From the NCBI GenBank assembly GCA_031365785.1, contig JANLYU010000178.1:1-41474 (forward strand): 41,474 nt of DNA, read 5' to 3'. Within the stretch, counting starts at the first letter, position 1, and each line of letters begins with the position of its first letter. This document shows positions 10,796 through 20,297 of this stretch, piece after piece. Source of the DNA: Flavisolibacter sp. (lineage in GTDB: Bacteria > Bacteroidota > Bacteroidia > Chitinophagales > Chitinophagaceae). The notes beneath the pieces are model-generated. The model was not told the DNA's origin. It did no database searches and saw only the letters and a program-made list of their open reading frames with translations. Position numbers and translations under genes: made by a program.

Positions 10796-12304
10796 ATGAA
10801 TTTCAATAGTTTTAAAAAAGCGGCCATCATCTTTGCTGGAATTGCGGTGGCCAGCTCGTGTAAAAAGTTTTTGGATATCAATCATGACCCGGACCGTATT
10901 CTTTCCACCAATGCGCCGGTTGCACAGTTGCTCACTTCTGCTGAAATGAACCTCGCGTTCGAAGGCGGCAGCGACTTATTCCGATACACCTCCCTGATCG
11001 CACAGCAGATTTCCGGACAGGCCTCTCAGCCTAACCAGACTTATGAATATGACCGGTATAATATTACAGGAAGTGATGAGAATAATGTGTGGAGTAGCAT
11101 TTTCGCAACTACCCTGAATGACCTCGAATTGATCATCCAGCAGTCAGCAGCTAATGGAAGCCCTAATTATTCCGGTGTTGCTAAAATTCTGAAAGCGTAT
11201 GAGTATTCATTACTGGTGGATACTTTTGGTGATGTACCTTATTCGGAAGCACAGCAACTGGACAAAAATACCAAGCCAAAGTACGACGATGACGCTGTCA
11301 TTTACCCAAAACTCATCCAGCTTCTTACCGAGGCTATCGCTGAAGTAAGTAATACGAACAGCAACCTGGTTCCGGGTTCCAATTCGCTGATTTTCCCAGG
11401 GAGTTTTTCTACTACTAAAAACAACTGGATCAAACTGGCCAACACCCTCAAGCTTCGTTTGTTCCTTCATTACAGTAAACTCGACCCGGCTTTTACACTC
11501 GCGCAGATTACTACCCTGGTAAATAGCGGCGCCCCGTTTATGGCTTCCAATGCGGATAATTTTTCCATGGCGTTTAATAATTTAGCCAATCAGCGAAATC
11601 CCTACGCGCAGTTTGAAACCAGCAGGCCTAATTATCTTTTTGCCAATGCATCTATAGTGGATCTGATGAATGCAAAAGCAGATCCTCGCAGGGCCAGTTA
11701 TTTTACGGCATTTCCTTATGGTTCCAATACTTATAAAGGTGTTTTACCTGGTGATGCACCTACCGTAAACTACAGCAGGATACATACTTTCCTTCGTGGA
11801 GCAGCCACAGGTACGCCCACGCCAAATGCACAGGGAGGTATCACTGCATCGTCTTTAACATACAGTGGAACAGCCCCGGTTAGAATGGTCACTTTTGCCG
11901 AATATAATTTTATCCGCTCTGAAGCAGCGCTCAGGGGCGCCCCTGGAGATGCACAGGCATTTTTTACTGCAGGCATCACTGCTTCCATGCAGGAGGCCGG
12001 AGTTTCAGCCGCCAGCATCGCTACTTATCTGGCCGCAAATGGAACACTTGCAGGCACCTTTGATCAAAAACTAAAACAGATCATTGAAGAAAAGTACGTG
12101 GCACTTTTTGGAGTGTCTGTAGAACCCTGGACAGATTACCGCAGAACCGGATATCCTTTGTTAACCGCGCCTTCCAACAGGATGACATCTGTGACGAATA
12201 TTCCAAGGTCTTTGTTCCTTCCCCAATCGGAGATCGACCTGAATCCCAATGCCCCGGCACAAAAATCTGCCGATTTACAATCCAGGGTTTTCTGGGATAA
12301 ATAA
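10796..12304 (+). CDS. susD: SusD/RagB-family surface lipoprotein (copy 1; SusD-like_2 type)
   Basis: Lipobox ASSC-KK, LVDTFGDVPYSEA, EPWTDYRRTGYP, C-terminal VFWDK; directly downstream of susC. Confidence 0.93.
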   Translation: MNFNSFKKAAIIFAGIAVASSCKKFLDINHDPDRILSTNAPVAQLLTSAEMNLAFEGGSDLFRYTSLIAQQISGQASQPNQTYEYDRYNITGSDENNVWSSIFATTLNDLELIIQQSAANGSPNYSGVAKILKAYEYSLLVDTFGDVPYSEAQQLDKNTKPKYDDDAVIYPKLIQLLTEAIAEVSNTNSNLVPGSNSLIFPGSFSTTKNNWIKLANTLKLRLFLHYSKLDPAFTLAQITTLVNSGAPFMASNADNFSMAFNNLANQRNPYAQFETSRPNYLFANASIVDLMNAKADPRRASYFTAFPYGSNTYKGVLPGDAPTVNYSRIHTFLRGAATGTPTPNAQGGITASSLTYSGTAPVRMVTFAEYNFIRSEAALRGAPGDAQAFFTAGITASMQEAGVSAASIATYLAANGTLAGTFDQKLKQIIEEKYVALFGVSVEPWTDYRRTGYPLLTAPSNRMTSVTNIPRSLFLPQSEIDLNPNAPAQKSADLQSRVFWDK

Positions 12305-12326
12305 TGGAAGAAGAACTCAATTTTTT

Positions 12327-12360
12327 AAGAAAAGGCTACCTCATAGGTAGCTTTTTCTTT
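12327..12360 (+). terminator. Intrinsic terminator after susCD pair 1
   Basis: AAGAAAAGGCTACCT-cat-AGGTAGCTTTTTCTT stem-loop with T-rich tail. Confidence 0.85.
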
Positions 12361-12402
12361 ACCACTTTAGTAATTATTTATTTCAAATAATTGATTCAAA
12401 AC

Positions 12403-12419
12403 AAAAGTTGACAACTTTT
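12403..12419. promoter_or_regulatory. Perfect palindrome AAAAGTTG-A-CAACTTTT, putative operator upstream of susC2
   Basis: 8-1-8 inverted repeat 14 nt upstream of the -7-like TACATTCG (12434-12441), overlapping the expected -33 region. Confidence 0.55.
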
Positions 12420-12553
12420 CAATTTCATCCCTGTACATTCGTGCAGCAATTCAATAATGAAATTGTCTTAGTGCAACAGCCATAGACGTTACCCGATTTC
12501 GTATCCCCTTGTAATACCCGGCTCACTTTTTACACACATAATAATTTAAACAC

Positions 12554-15553
12554 ATGAGAAGATTTCTATTCTTTTTAATGGGCTTGATGCTTGTTTCATT
12601 ACAGCTTCTGGCACAAGGCAACCGTACCGTTTCTGGAAAGGTAACGGACGAAAAGGGCATGGGCATTTCCAATGCCAATGTTATAGTAAAAGGAACCACC
12701 ACAGGAACAGTAACTAGTAACGATGGCAATTTCTCACTGAGTGTTCCTGCCAAAGCAAAGACGTTGGTTGTTTCATTTATAGGACTGGGCGACAAAGAAA
12801 TTTCTTTGAACAACGCTACCCAGTACAATGTAACGCTGTCTACGACTTCTAAAAATGACCTGGAAGAAGTGGTGGTGGTAGGATATGGCACACAGAAAAA
12901 AGTGAATATCACCGGTTCAGTAGCTACAGTAAAATCAAAAGACATTGAAAACAAACCGTTTTCTTCTGTTGACAAGGCCTTACAGGGTCAGGTAGCAGGG
13001 TTGCAGTCAGTGGCAGCCTCCGGGCAGCCGGGCGCAAGCCAGGCAATTATCATCCGCGGATTGAGTTCCATCACGGCCAGTACCGCACCTTTATGGGTGA
13101 TTGATGGTGTGCCCGTCAATACAGGTGACGCCTCCCGGTTACAAACTACAGCAAACCTGTTGAGTACCCTGAATCCAAATGATATTGAAAGTATTTCTGT
13201 ATTAAAGGACGCCGCTTCACAATCCATTTATGGAAGCCGGGCCGCCAATGGCGTTATTGTAGTAACCACTAAAAAAGGTAGGTCCGGTAAAACAGTGCTA
13301 AGATTTGACACCGAGGTGGGACAAAGTGATATCGCTTACCGTAATAATGAATACAAACCTTTAAATTCCCAGCAATATTTCGACATTACCAGGGAAGGCC
13401 TGGTGAATCTGGGAGTAAGCACCGCAACACTTAATTCCACACTGGCCGGACTGGGTTTTGGCAATGGTGTAGACTACAACTGGTATGATGCTGTAACAAG
13501 GAAAGGCAACCAGCAGCAGTTTAACCTGAGTGCGAGCGGAGGAAATGAAAAGACTACATTTTATTTATCTGGTGGTCAGTTTTTCCAGGAAGGAACCACC
13601 ATTAACTCCAAACTGAAAAGAACCAATGGAAATATCAGGGTGGTGCATAAAGTAAATGACAAGTTCACTTTGAATGCCAACATTAATGGTGGATATGTAA
13701 ATCAAAGAGCTCCGCTTGCTGGTGGCGCATTTGGTAATCCTGTTCTATCCTCCTATTTCCTTTTGCCCTCAAGGCCTGCCTACAATCCAGATGGCACTTA
13801 TAATTTTACCAGCCTGGGTGGCTTGCACAATACAGTGGCACTGAGCAAAATTGATAAAAGATTTTTACGCGAAGTAAGTATGAGAGGAAGCTTTACCGGA
13901 GAATATAAGATCCTGAGCAACCTCCGTTTTAAAACCGCGTATGGTGCCGACTTTAATTTACTCGAAGAAGACCAGTATAATAATCCTTTCCATGGCGATG
14001 GTAAAGCCTCCAACGGAAGGGCATTTTCTTATTATACCAGGTATTTCAACTGGGTGTGGACCAATACCCTCGACCTTCAGCAAAACCTTACTACCAATGG
14101 AGACCTCTCTCTCAATGCGCAGGCAGGTTATGAAAGTCAAAAATCCTCTTCTTATTTTTCTTCACTACAGAGCCAGGACTTTCCTCCTACTTTATTGTTG
14201 ACTTATCCTGCTGCAGGTGCACGGCCTACTACCGCATCAGCCACCATTTCTGATTATACTTTTCTTTCTTCATTCGGTTCTGCCAATATCAATTTTCAAA
14301 ACCGGTATGTGATATCAGGAAGTTTCCGTCGCGATGGTTCTTCCCGGTTTGGTGCCAAAAACAAATATGGCAACTTCTGGTCAGTTGGAGCCACCTGGAA
14401 CATAGACAGGGAAGCATTTATGAAAAATGTTGCCTTCATCAGCCAGTTGAAAGTGAGGAGCTCTTATGGAATTAATGGAAATGCTGGGATCGGTAACTAT
14501 GATGCACCGCCATTATATGGATATGGTGCCAATTACAACCAGTCTCCTGGAAGCTTCCCTTCCAACGTAGGAGATTCCAACCTCACCTGGGAGTTGAATA
14601 AACCTTTCAACCTCGGCCTCGATTTTAGTATTTTAAAAAACCGTCTAAATTTCAGCGGCGACTATTACGTACGGAAATCCGAAGACCTGTTACTGGATGT
14701 GCCTTTATCCCGCACTTCTGGTTTCACTACTGCAAAAAGAAATATCGGCGCCCTGGAAAATCGCGGTGTGGAACTTACTTTGAATGCGGTTCCCATACTT
14801 GCCAAAAACTTCAGCTGGGATATCAATTTCAATTTTGCGCATAATAAAAACAAAATTACCAGCCTCCCCAATGGAAGTGATATCGCTGATGGTAATTTTA
14901 TCATCCGGGTAGGTCAATCCTATAGAACCTTCTTTCTAAGGGAATATGCAGGCGTGGATCCGGCCAATGGAGATCCGCTCTGGTATACCGACGGAACTCA
15001 TGCCACGAAAACGAATGTATACCCTCCTGCTGCCTCCCGCGCTTTGTTGGGTAATGCCCTGCCAAAATATTTTGGAGGCTTCACCAATACTTTTACTATT
15101 CATGGTTTCACTCTCGAAGCACAGCTTTATTATAATTTCGGCAATTATGTGTATGATACCTGGGGTTCCTATTATTTAGGCGCGGGGTTTGGTGCCACGT
15201 TCAACAAGGTGGCCAGGGTTCTTAACCGGTGGCAAAAGCCAGGGGATGTTACAGACATTCCAAAATATATTTACAACGGCAACAAAAGTTTTCAGAGTGC
15301 TTCCACATTTTTCCTGAACCAGGGCGATTTTGTCAGGTTAAGAAATATTCAGCTTGGATACAACGTTCCGAAAAACATGTTATCTAAAATAAGAATGTCG
15401 AATGCATTCGTGTATGTAAGGGGAACCAATTTGTGGACTTGGGTAAAAGACGATCATCTTCCTTTCGATCCTGAACAGGGAAGCGCAAGTGCCTCTAATT
15501 TGAATGTATTTATTCCCAAAACACTAACGGTTGGTTTAAACCTTTCATTCTAA
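12554..15553 (+). CDS. susC: SusC/RagA-family TonB-dependent transporter (copy 2, RagA-like)
   Basis: TonB box LEEVVVVGYG, LQGQVAGLQ..SGQPG, DIESISVLKDAASQSIYGSRAANGVIVVTTKKG, RRDGSSRFG, LTWE, C-terminal LNLSF. Symbol is family-level only. Confidence 0.96.
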   Translation: MRRFLFFLMGLMLVSLQLLAQGNRTVSGKVTDEKGMGISNANVIVKGTTTGTVTSNDGNFSLSVPAKAKTLVVSFIGLGDKEISLNNATQYNVTLSTTSKNDLEEVVVVGYGTQKKVNITGSVATVKSKDIENKPFSSVDKALQGQVAGLQSVAASGQPGASQAIIIRGLSSITASTAPLWVIDGVPVNTGDASRLQTTANLLSTLNPNDIESISVLKDAASQSIYGSRAANGVIVVTTKKGRSGKTVLRFDTEVGQSDIAYRNNEYKPLNSQQYFDITREGLVNLGVSTATLNSTLAGLGFGNGVDYNWYDAVTRKGNQQQFNLSASGGNEKTTFYLSGGQFFQEGTTINSKLKRTNGNIRVVHKVNDKFTLNANINGGYVNQRAPLAGGAFGNPVLSSYFLLPSRPAYNPDGTYNFTSLGGLHNTVALSKIDKRFLREVSMRGSFTGEYKILSNLRFKTAYGADFNLLEEDQYNNPFHGDGKASNGRAFSYYTRYFNWVWTNTLDLQQNLTTNGDLSLNAQAGYESQKSSSYFSSLQSQDFPPTLLLTYPAAGARPTTASATISDYTFLSSFGSANINFQNRYVISGSFRRDGSSRFGAKNKYGNFWSVGATWNIDREAFMKNVAFISQLKVRSSYGINGNAGIGNYDAPPLYGYGANYNQSPGSFPSNVGDSNLTWELNKPFNLGLDFSILKNRLNFSGDYYVRKSEDLLLDVPLSRTSGFTTAKRNIGALENRGVELTLNAVPILAKNFSWDINFNFAHNKNKITSLPNGSDIADGNFIIRVGQSYRTFFLREYAGVDPANGDPLWYTDGTHATKTNVYPPAASRALLGNALPKYFGGFTNTFTIHGFTLEAQLYYNFGNYVYDTWGSYYLGAGFGATFNKVARVLNRWQKPGDVTDIPKYIYNGNKSFQSASTFFLNQGDFVRLRNIQLGYNVPKNMLSKIRMSNAFVYVRGTNLWTWVKDDHLPFDPEQGSASASNLNVFIPKTLTVGLNLSF

Positions 15554-15568
15554 ACAAATTAATTTCTA

Positions 15569-16978
15569 ATGATGAAGAAGATATTTCAATATAAAGTGTT
15601 GCTGGTATTCGTTTTGGTGAGTTTAGGATCCTGCAAAAAAAGTTTCCTTGAACTCAATCCGCCTACTTCCCTCACACCGGGGCAGGCGTTAGGTTCTGAA
15701 GCCGATTTATTAGTAGCGCTCCGCGGAGCTTATGCTGGATTGAGGAATGTGGACCTTTATGGAAGAACTGTGCCTGTGCTCGGCGATATCATGGCGGATA
15801 ACGCTTACCAGCATACGCTGAATACCAACAGGTATACGCTTTTCAATAATTATACTTTCAATACCACAGACGGTAATGTTCTTGGTTTCTGGACTTCAGC
15901 CTACAACGTCATACTGAGGGCTAATAACGTCATCAATTCGCCAATAGCCACCACGGTCAACATCAGTCAGTACAGGGGAGAAGCTTATGCCATCAGGGCG
16001 CTCGCATATTTTACCCTGGTCAGGTATTTCGCCAGACCTTATACAGATAATCCGAATGGGTTGGGTGTTCCTATCGTGACCACTTATGACGCTAACTTCA
16101 AACCTGCAAGAAGTACAGTGGCAGAAGTATACACACTCATCCTTTCAGATCTGACGCAGGCCTATAACCTCATGACTAAATTTACCAACTCGTCTCAGTT
16201 CAGTAAATACGCTGCCAGGGGTCTGGCGGCAAAAGTTTACCTCACACAGGGTGATAAGGCCAATGCTAAAACAGCAGCGCTGGATGTTATTGCCAATGGA
16301 GGTTTTACCCCATTAACAACAGCCAATCACGCTGCTTATTGGGCCGATGGAGCCATCAGAACAGATAAGCTGGAAACCCTTTTTGAGGTTTCTTCAGATG
16401 CTGTAGCCAATCTCGCATTCGACGCCCTTTCTTACCTATATAGTCAGAATGGAAACTATGGGGACCTGGTTGTTGCAGATGACCTCTATGCCAAGTTCGC
16501 CGCAGCGGATGTGCGTCGAAGTTTATACCCTAATGTTCCCAGACCCGCCACGCCTCCAGGTCCTGTGGTTACGACAGTGAATAAGTTTCCTGTGATCAGT
16601 GGAGATGTCAGCGATACTAAAGTTTTGCGTTTGAGTGAAATATATTTAATTGCCGCTGAGGCATCTCTGCCAGCCGATGAAACAGGGGCCAAGACCTATG
16701 TCAATTTTATTACAAGCAGGAGAGGAGCACCAGCGATCACTTCTACAGGTGCACAGCTTTTTGAAGATATTATTGACGAACGGAGAAAAGAACTGGCTTT
16801 TGAAGGTGACAGGTACATGGACCTCATGCGTTTAAAAAGGGATGTGGTGCGGAGCGCCAATTATCCATCAGCCGCCAGGGTTATTCCATATACCAATTAC
16901 AGAAGGATCTTGCCGATTCCTCAATCTGAACTAGATGCGAATGAAAATATCAGAGGACAGCAGAATCCTGGGTATTAA
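15569..16978 (+). CDS. susD: SusD/RagB-family surface lipoprotein (copy 2)
   Basis: Lipobox LGSC-KK, GEAYAIRALAYFTLVRYF, RLSEIYLIAAEA, ERRKELAFEGDR, QNPGY end. Confidence 0.95.
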   Translation: MMKKIFQYKVLLVFVLVSLGSCKKSFLELNPPTSLTPGQALGSEADLLVALRGAYAGLRNVDLYGRTVPVLGDIMADNAYQHTLNTNRYTLFNNYTFNTTDGNVLGFWTSAYNVILRANNVINSPIATTVNISQYRGEAYAIRALAYFTLVRYFARPYTDNPNGLGVPIVTTYDANFKPARSTVAEVYTLILSDLTQAYNLMTKFTNSSQFSKYAARGLAAKVYLTQGDKANAKTAALDVIANGGFTPLTTANHAAYWADGAIRTDKLETLFEVSSDAVANLAFDALSYLYSQNGNYGDLVVADDLYAKFAAADVRRSLYPNVPRPATPPGPVVTTVNKFPVISGDVSDTKVLRLSEIYLIAAEASLPADETGAKTYVNFITSRRGAPAITSTGAQLFEDIIDERRKELAFEGDRYMDLMRLKRDVVRSANYPSAARVIPYTNYRRILPIPQSELDANENIRGQQNPGY

Positions 16979-16986
16979 TTATTAGG

Positions 16987-17022
16987 ATAAATAAAGACTG
17001 CCAAACGGCAGTCTTTATTTAT
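16987..17022 (+). terminator. Intrinsic (bidirectional-type) terminator after susCD pair 2
   Basis: Perfect 16-bp stem ATAAATAAAGACTGCC-aaac-GGCAGTCTTTATTTAT. Confidence 0.85.
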
Positions 17023-17036
17023 TGCACTCGCTACTG

Positions 17037-17071
17037 GCCGGTTTCAACGACTAATTTCGCCGGTTCACGGA
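17037..17071 (+). promoter_or_regulatory. Direct repeat GCCGGTT(T)CA, period 21-22 bp; putative LytTR-type activator site for susC3
   Basis: GCCGGTTTCAACGA (17037-17050) and GCCGGTTCACGGA (17059-17071), upstream of an imperfect -7 TTACTTTG (17100-17107). Confidence 0.55.
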
Positions 17072-17200
17072 TAAAGTATAAATAATTTGATTCTGTCTTT
17101 TACTTTGTGCATATTGAATCATTCAGCTTTTGAACGATTCTTTATTCGTCCCCCTGATACCTCTTGCCAATCGTAGCATGTTATTTTAAATTCAATAAAA

Positions 17201-20200
17201 ATGAAGAAACCATTACTCCTGCTGGGTGTATTGTTAATTACATTATTTGCCATTGCGCAAAACCGCACTATCTCCGGAAAAATCATAGACGAAAAGGGAA
17301 ATGCAGTACCTAACGCATCCATTCTGGTAAAAGGTACAGCTATTGGTACCACTACATCAGGCGACGGTAGCTTTTCCATCAATGTCCCGCAAAACTCAAA
17401 AACCATTCTGGTTTCCTCTACGGGATTCACTTCCACGGAGATCAATACGGTCAATAAAACTTCCGTGAATGTGAAACTAATCAGTGCAGATGCAGCACTG
17501 GAAGAAGTGGTGGTGGTTGGATATTCCACTGTGAATAAGAGAAACCTGACTGGTGCCGTAACCAAGGTATCTGCCAAGCAAATTGAAAACAGGCCGGTGA
17601 CCAGCTTTGACCAGGCTCTTACAGGCAAAGCGGCCGGTGTTCAGATCAATACTTCTTCTGGTCTGGTAGGAGATAATGTGATTATCAGGGTGCGCGGAGC
17701 CGCGTCCCTGGGAAATAGCAGCCAGCCGCTGATCATCATTGATGGAATTCCTGTAACACAGGGAAATGTGGGACAGTTGTACAATCCTGCCAATGCGCTC
17801 TCTGATATTAATCCCAATGACATCGAATCTGTGGAGGTGCTCAAGGATGCTGCTTCAGCCTCAATATATGGTTCAAGGGGTGCTGCCGGGGTCATTCTGA
17901 TTACGACAAAAAAAGGAAAAGCAGGCAGCAATAGGGTGAATTATGATGGGTACTATGGAAGTACTCAACCTTCCAGCAGGATGCAAGTTTTGCACGCAGC
18001 TGATTATACTTCTATTATTAATAAAATGCGATCCAATGCCGGACTTTCAGATGTGATCAAGTACGGCGATTTCAATGGAGACGGTGTACCTGACATCGTG
18101 GATACAGACTGGCAGAAAGAAGTGTTCAGGAACGGTTCTACACAAAACCATAATGTTTCCATGTCTGGTGGAACCAATAAATCGACTTACTATACTTCAC
18201 TGAGCTACCTCGATTATAATAATTATATCATCAATAACCGCTTGCGCCGCGCTACTGCAAGATTAAATATTACTACCAAGGCAACCGACTGGTTGACCTT
18301 CGGTGTAAACACACAATTCGCGCGTGGCTTTCAATATGGTCTTGGCTCAGGTACCGGTGGAGCTGCATCCGGTATACCGTTAGGCCCCTTGCGTTACTAT
18401 CCTAATGTACCAGTGAGGGATGCTACCGGCAAGTTTTACCTGGCACAGGGAGGTAATACCTTAACCGTAGGTGTGATTCCAAATCCAGTAGCGGTTTTGT
18501 TATCCAATTATGATAACTATGACACTCGGAGGTTCCTGGCATCTGCCTATGGCGAAATTCAATTCATCAAAGGTTTGAAGTTTAAATCCCAATATAATAT
18601 CGATTACAGGCTTGGGTTAGATGACCAGTTCTGGAGCCCCGAAGTAGGTGATGGTGCCGGACTGGCTGGTGTAGCCCAGAATGTAGATGATGAAAACAGG
18701 AACTGGAGTTGGTTCAACACCCTGAATTATAATAAGCGTTTTGGAAAACATGATATAGGAGTGCTGGGAGGTATTGAGTATACAAAAAGGATCAACCATT
18801 ATATTTATGCCTCAGGCATTGGCATCAAAGACCGCGCTCTGTTACTGTTAACCACCTCCAATTATACTTCAGTAAGTGCTGATGAAGGATTTGGGGAGAA
18901 TGCACTGGCTTCTTATTTCGGAACCGTGAACTATGGTTTCGCTAATAAATATTTATTATCAGGTACGATGCGCGCTGATGCGTATTCTGCGTTTGGAAGG
19001 AATAACCAGACCGGTTATTTCCCTTCTGCTTCAGTGGCCTGGAGAGTGTCTGAAGAAAATTTTTTCAATGGATTGAAAAAAAATATCACCGACCTGAAGT
19101 TCCGGGGTAGTTATGGTGTTACCGGCAATGGTGCTGTTGGTAACTATACCGCATTTCCCTCCTATGCTTCTGTTGGTTATGCGGAATTGCCCGGTGCGTC
19201 AGCTATTAGTTTGAACAATTCAGGAAACAGGGATCTGAGATGGGAAAGACTGGACCAGATGGACATTGGTATGGATATGAACCTTTGGGACAGGATAACG
19301 ATCAATGCTGATTATTATGAAAAAAAATCCCGTGACCTGGTGTTGGGAAATCCAACGCTGGCTACACTGGGTTTTCCCAATAACAGCATTACGCAGAATA
19401 TTGGCAAGTTGAATGCCAAGGGAGTGGAGCTTAGTATTCAGTCTGATAACATCAGAAATAAAAATGTAACCTGGAATACCAACTTCAATATTGCTTACAA
19501 CAAAAACAAAGTGATCGCCACCAATTCTACCAACACTGATTTATTTGGCGGTAATAGTATCGCCCGCGTGGGTGAACAACTGGGCGCTTATTACCTCATT
19601 CGATTTGCCGGTGTCAATCCACAAACTGGATGGTCCATGTTCTATGATGCAAAAGGTCAGGTAAAGATGTATAATCCTTCCATTGCAGTAACTGCCAACA
19701 GGTGGACAGATGAAAAAGGCACCACTGTGGTTCCGGCAATTACATCTGCAGACCGTGTGGTGTTGGGAAATAAAACTCCTTATCCAAAATTTTATGGTGG
19801 TATTTCCAATACTCTCACTCTTCATCAGTTCGACATGAGTGTTGATGTGCAGTACACTTTCGGGAATTATTTATACAACTCCACTTTAGCGGGGTTGATG
19901 ACCTATAATTCTGTAGCCAACAAATCAACAGAGATCAGGGATGCCTGGACAACTGCTGGACAGGTTACCAACGTGCCGAAGCTATATTGGGGCGATAATA
20001 TCTGGAGCCAGGCCTCTACAAGATGGCTGGAAAAAGGTGATTTCGTAAGGCTCAGGAATATTCAGGCAGGGTATAGTTTTTCTAAAAATGTGCTGGACAA
20101 AACCAGACTATCATCCATCCGCATTTATACACAAGTGCAGAACGCCTATACGTTTACATCATATAAAGGAATTGATCCGGAGGCCAATGCTAATGGCAAT

Positions 20201-20281
20201 ACGAACATAGGTTTGGGAATTGATAACAACCGTCCTTATCTGCCAAGAACATTCACCATTGGAATCAATCTTGGATTTTAA
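17201..20281 (+). CDS. susC: SusC/RagA-family TonB-dependent transporter (copy 3)
   Basis: TonB box LEEVVVVGY, DIESVEVLKDAASASIYGSRGAAGVILITTKKG, FPSASVAWR, LRWE, C-terminal INLGF. Symbol is family-level only. Confidence 0.96.
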   Translation: MKKPLLLLGVLLITLFAIAQNRTISGKIIDEKGNAVPNASILVKGTAIGTTTSGDGSFSINVPQNSKTILVSSTGFTSTEINTVNKTSVNVKLISADAALEEVVVVGYSTVNKRNLTGAVTKVSAKQIENRPVTSFDQALTGKAAGVQINTSSGLVGDNVIIRVRGAASLGNSSQPLIIIDGIPVTQGNVGQLYNPANALSDINPNDIESVEVLKDAASASIYGSRGAAGVILITTKKGKAGSNRVNYDGYYGSTQPSSRMQVLHAADYTSIINKMRSNAGLSDVIKYGDFNGDGVPDIVDTDWQKEVFRNGSTQNHNVSMSGGTNKSTYYTSLSYLDYNNYIINNRLRRATARLNITTKATDWLTFGVNTQFARGFQYGLGSGTGGAASGIPLGPLRYYPNVPVRDATGKFYLAQGGNTLTVGVIPNPVAVLLSNYDNYDTRRFLASAYGEIQFIKGLKFKSQYNIDYRLGLDDQFWSPEVGDGAGLAGVAQNVDDENRNWSWFNTLNYNKRFGKHDIGVLGGIEYTKRINHYIYASGIGIKDRALLLLTTSNYTSVSADEGFGENALASYFGTVNYGFANKYLLSGTMRADAYSAFGRNNQTGYFPSASVAWRVSEENFFNGLKKNITDLKFRGSYGVTGNGAVGNYTAFPSYASVGYAELPGASAISLNNSGNRDLRWERLDQMDIGMDMNLWDRITINADYYEKKSRDLVLGNPTLATLGFPNNSITQNIGKLNAKGVELSIQSDNIRNKNVTWNTNFNIAYNKNKVIATNSTNTDLFGGNSIARVGEQLGAYYLIRFAGVNPQTGWSMFYDAKGQVKMYNPSIAVTANRWTDEKGTTVVPAITSADRVVLGNKTPYPKFYGGISNTLTLHQFDMSVDVQYTFGNYLYNSTLAGLMTYNSVANKSTEIRDAWTTAGQVTNVPKLYWGDNIWSQASTRWLEKGDFVRLRNIQAGYSFSKNVLDKTRLSSIRIYTQVQNAYTFTSYKGIDPEANANGNTNIGLGIDNNRPYLPRTFTIGINLGF

Positions 20282-20297
20282 AACAAAATAAAACAAC

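Noticed and set aside
12420-12465. Invertible (phase-variable) promoter bounded by 9-bp inverted repeats
   Set aside because: Only 28 bp lie between the repeats, the -33 region would be excluded, and no invertase is nearby. Retained only as a possible operator or hairpin.
7628-17628. Three similar minus-strand ORFs (7628..8146, 12523..12975, 17119..17628) suggesting a repeated antisense gene family
   Set aside because: They mirror the conserved N-terminal domains of the three susC paralogues in the antisense frame; there is no independent coding evidence.
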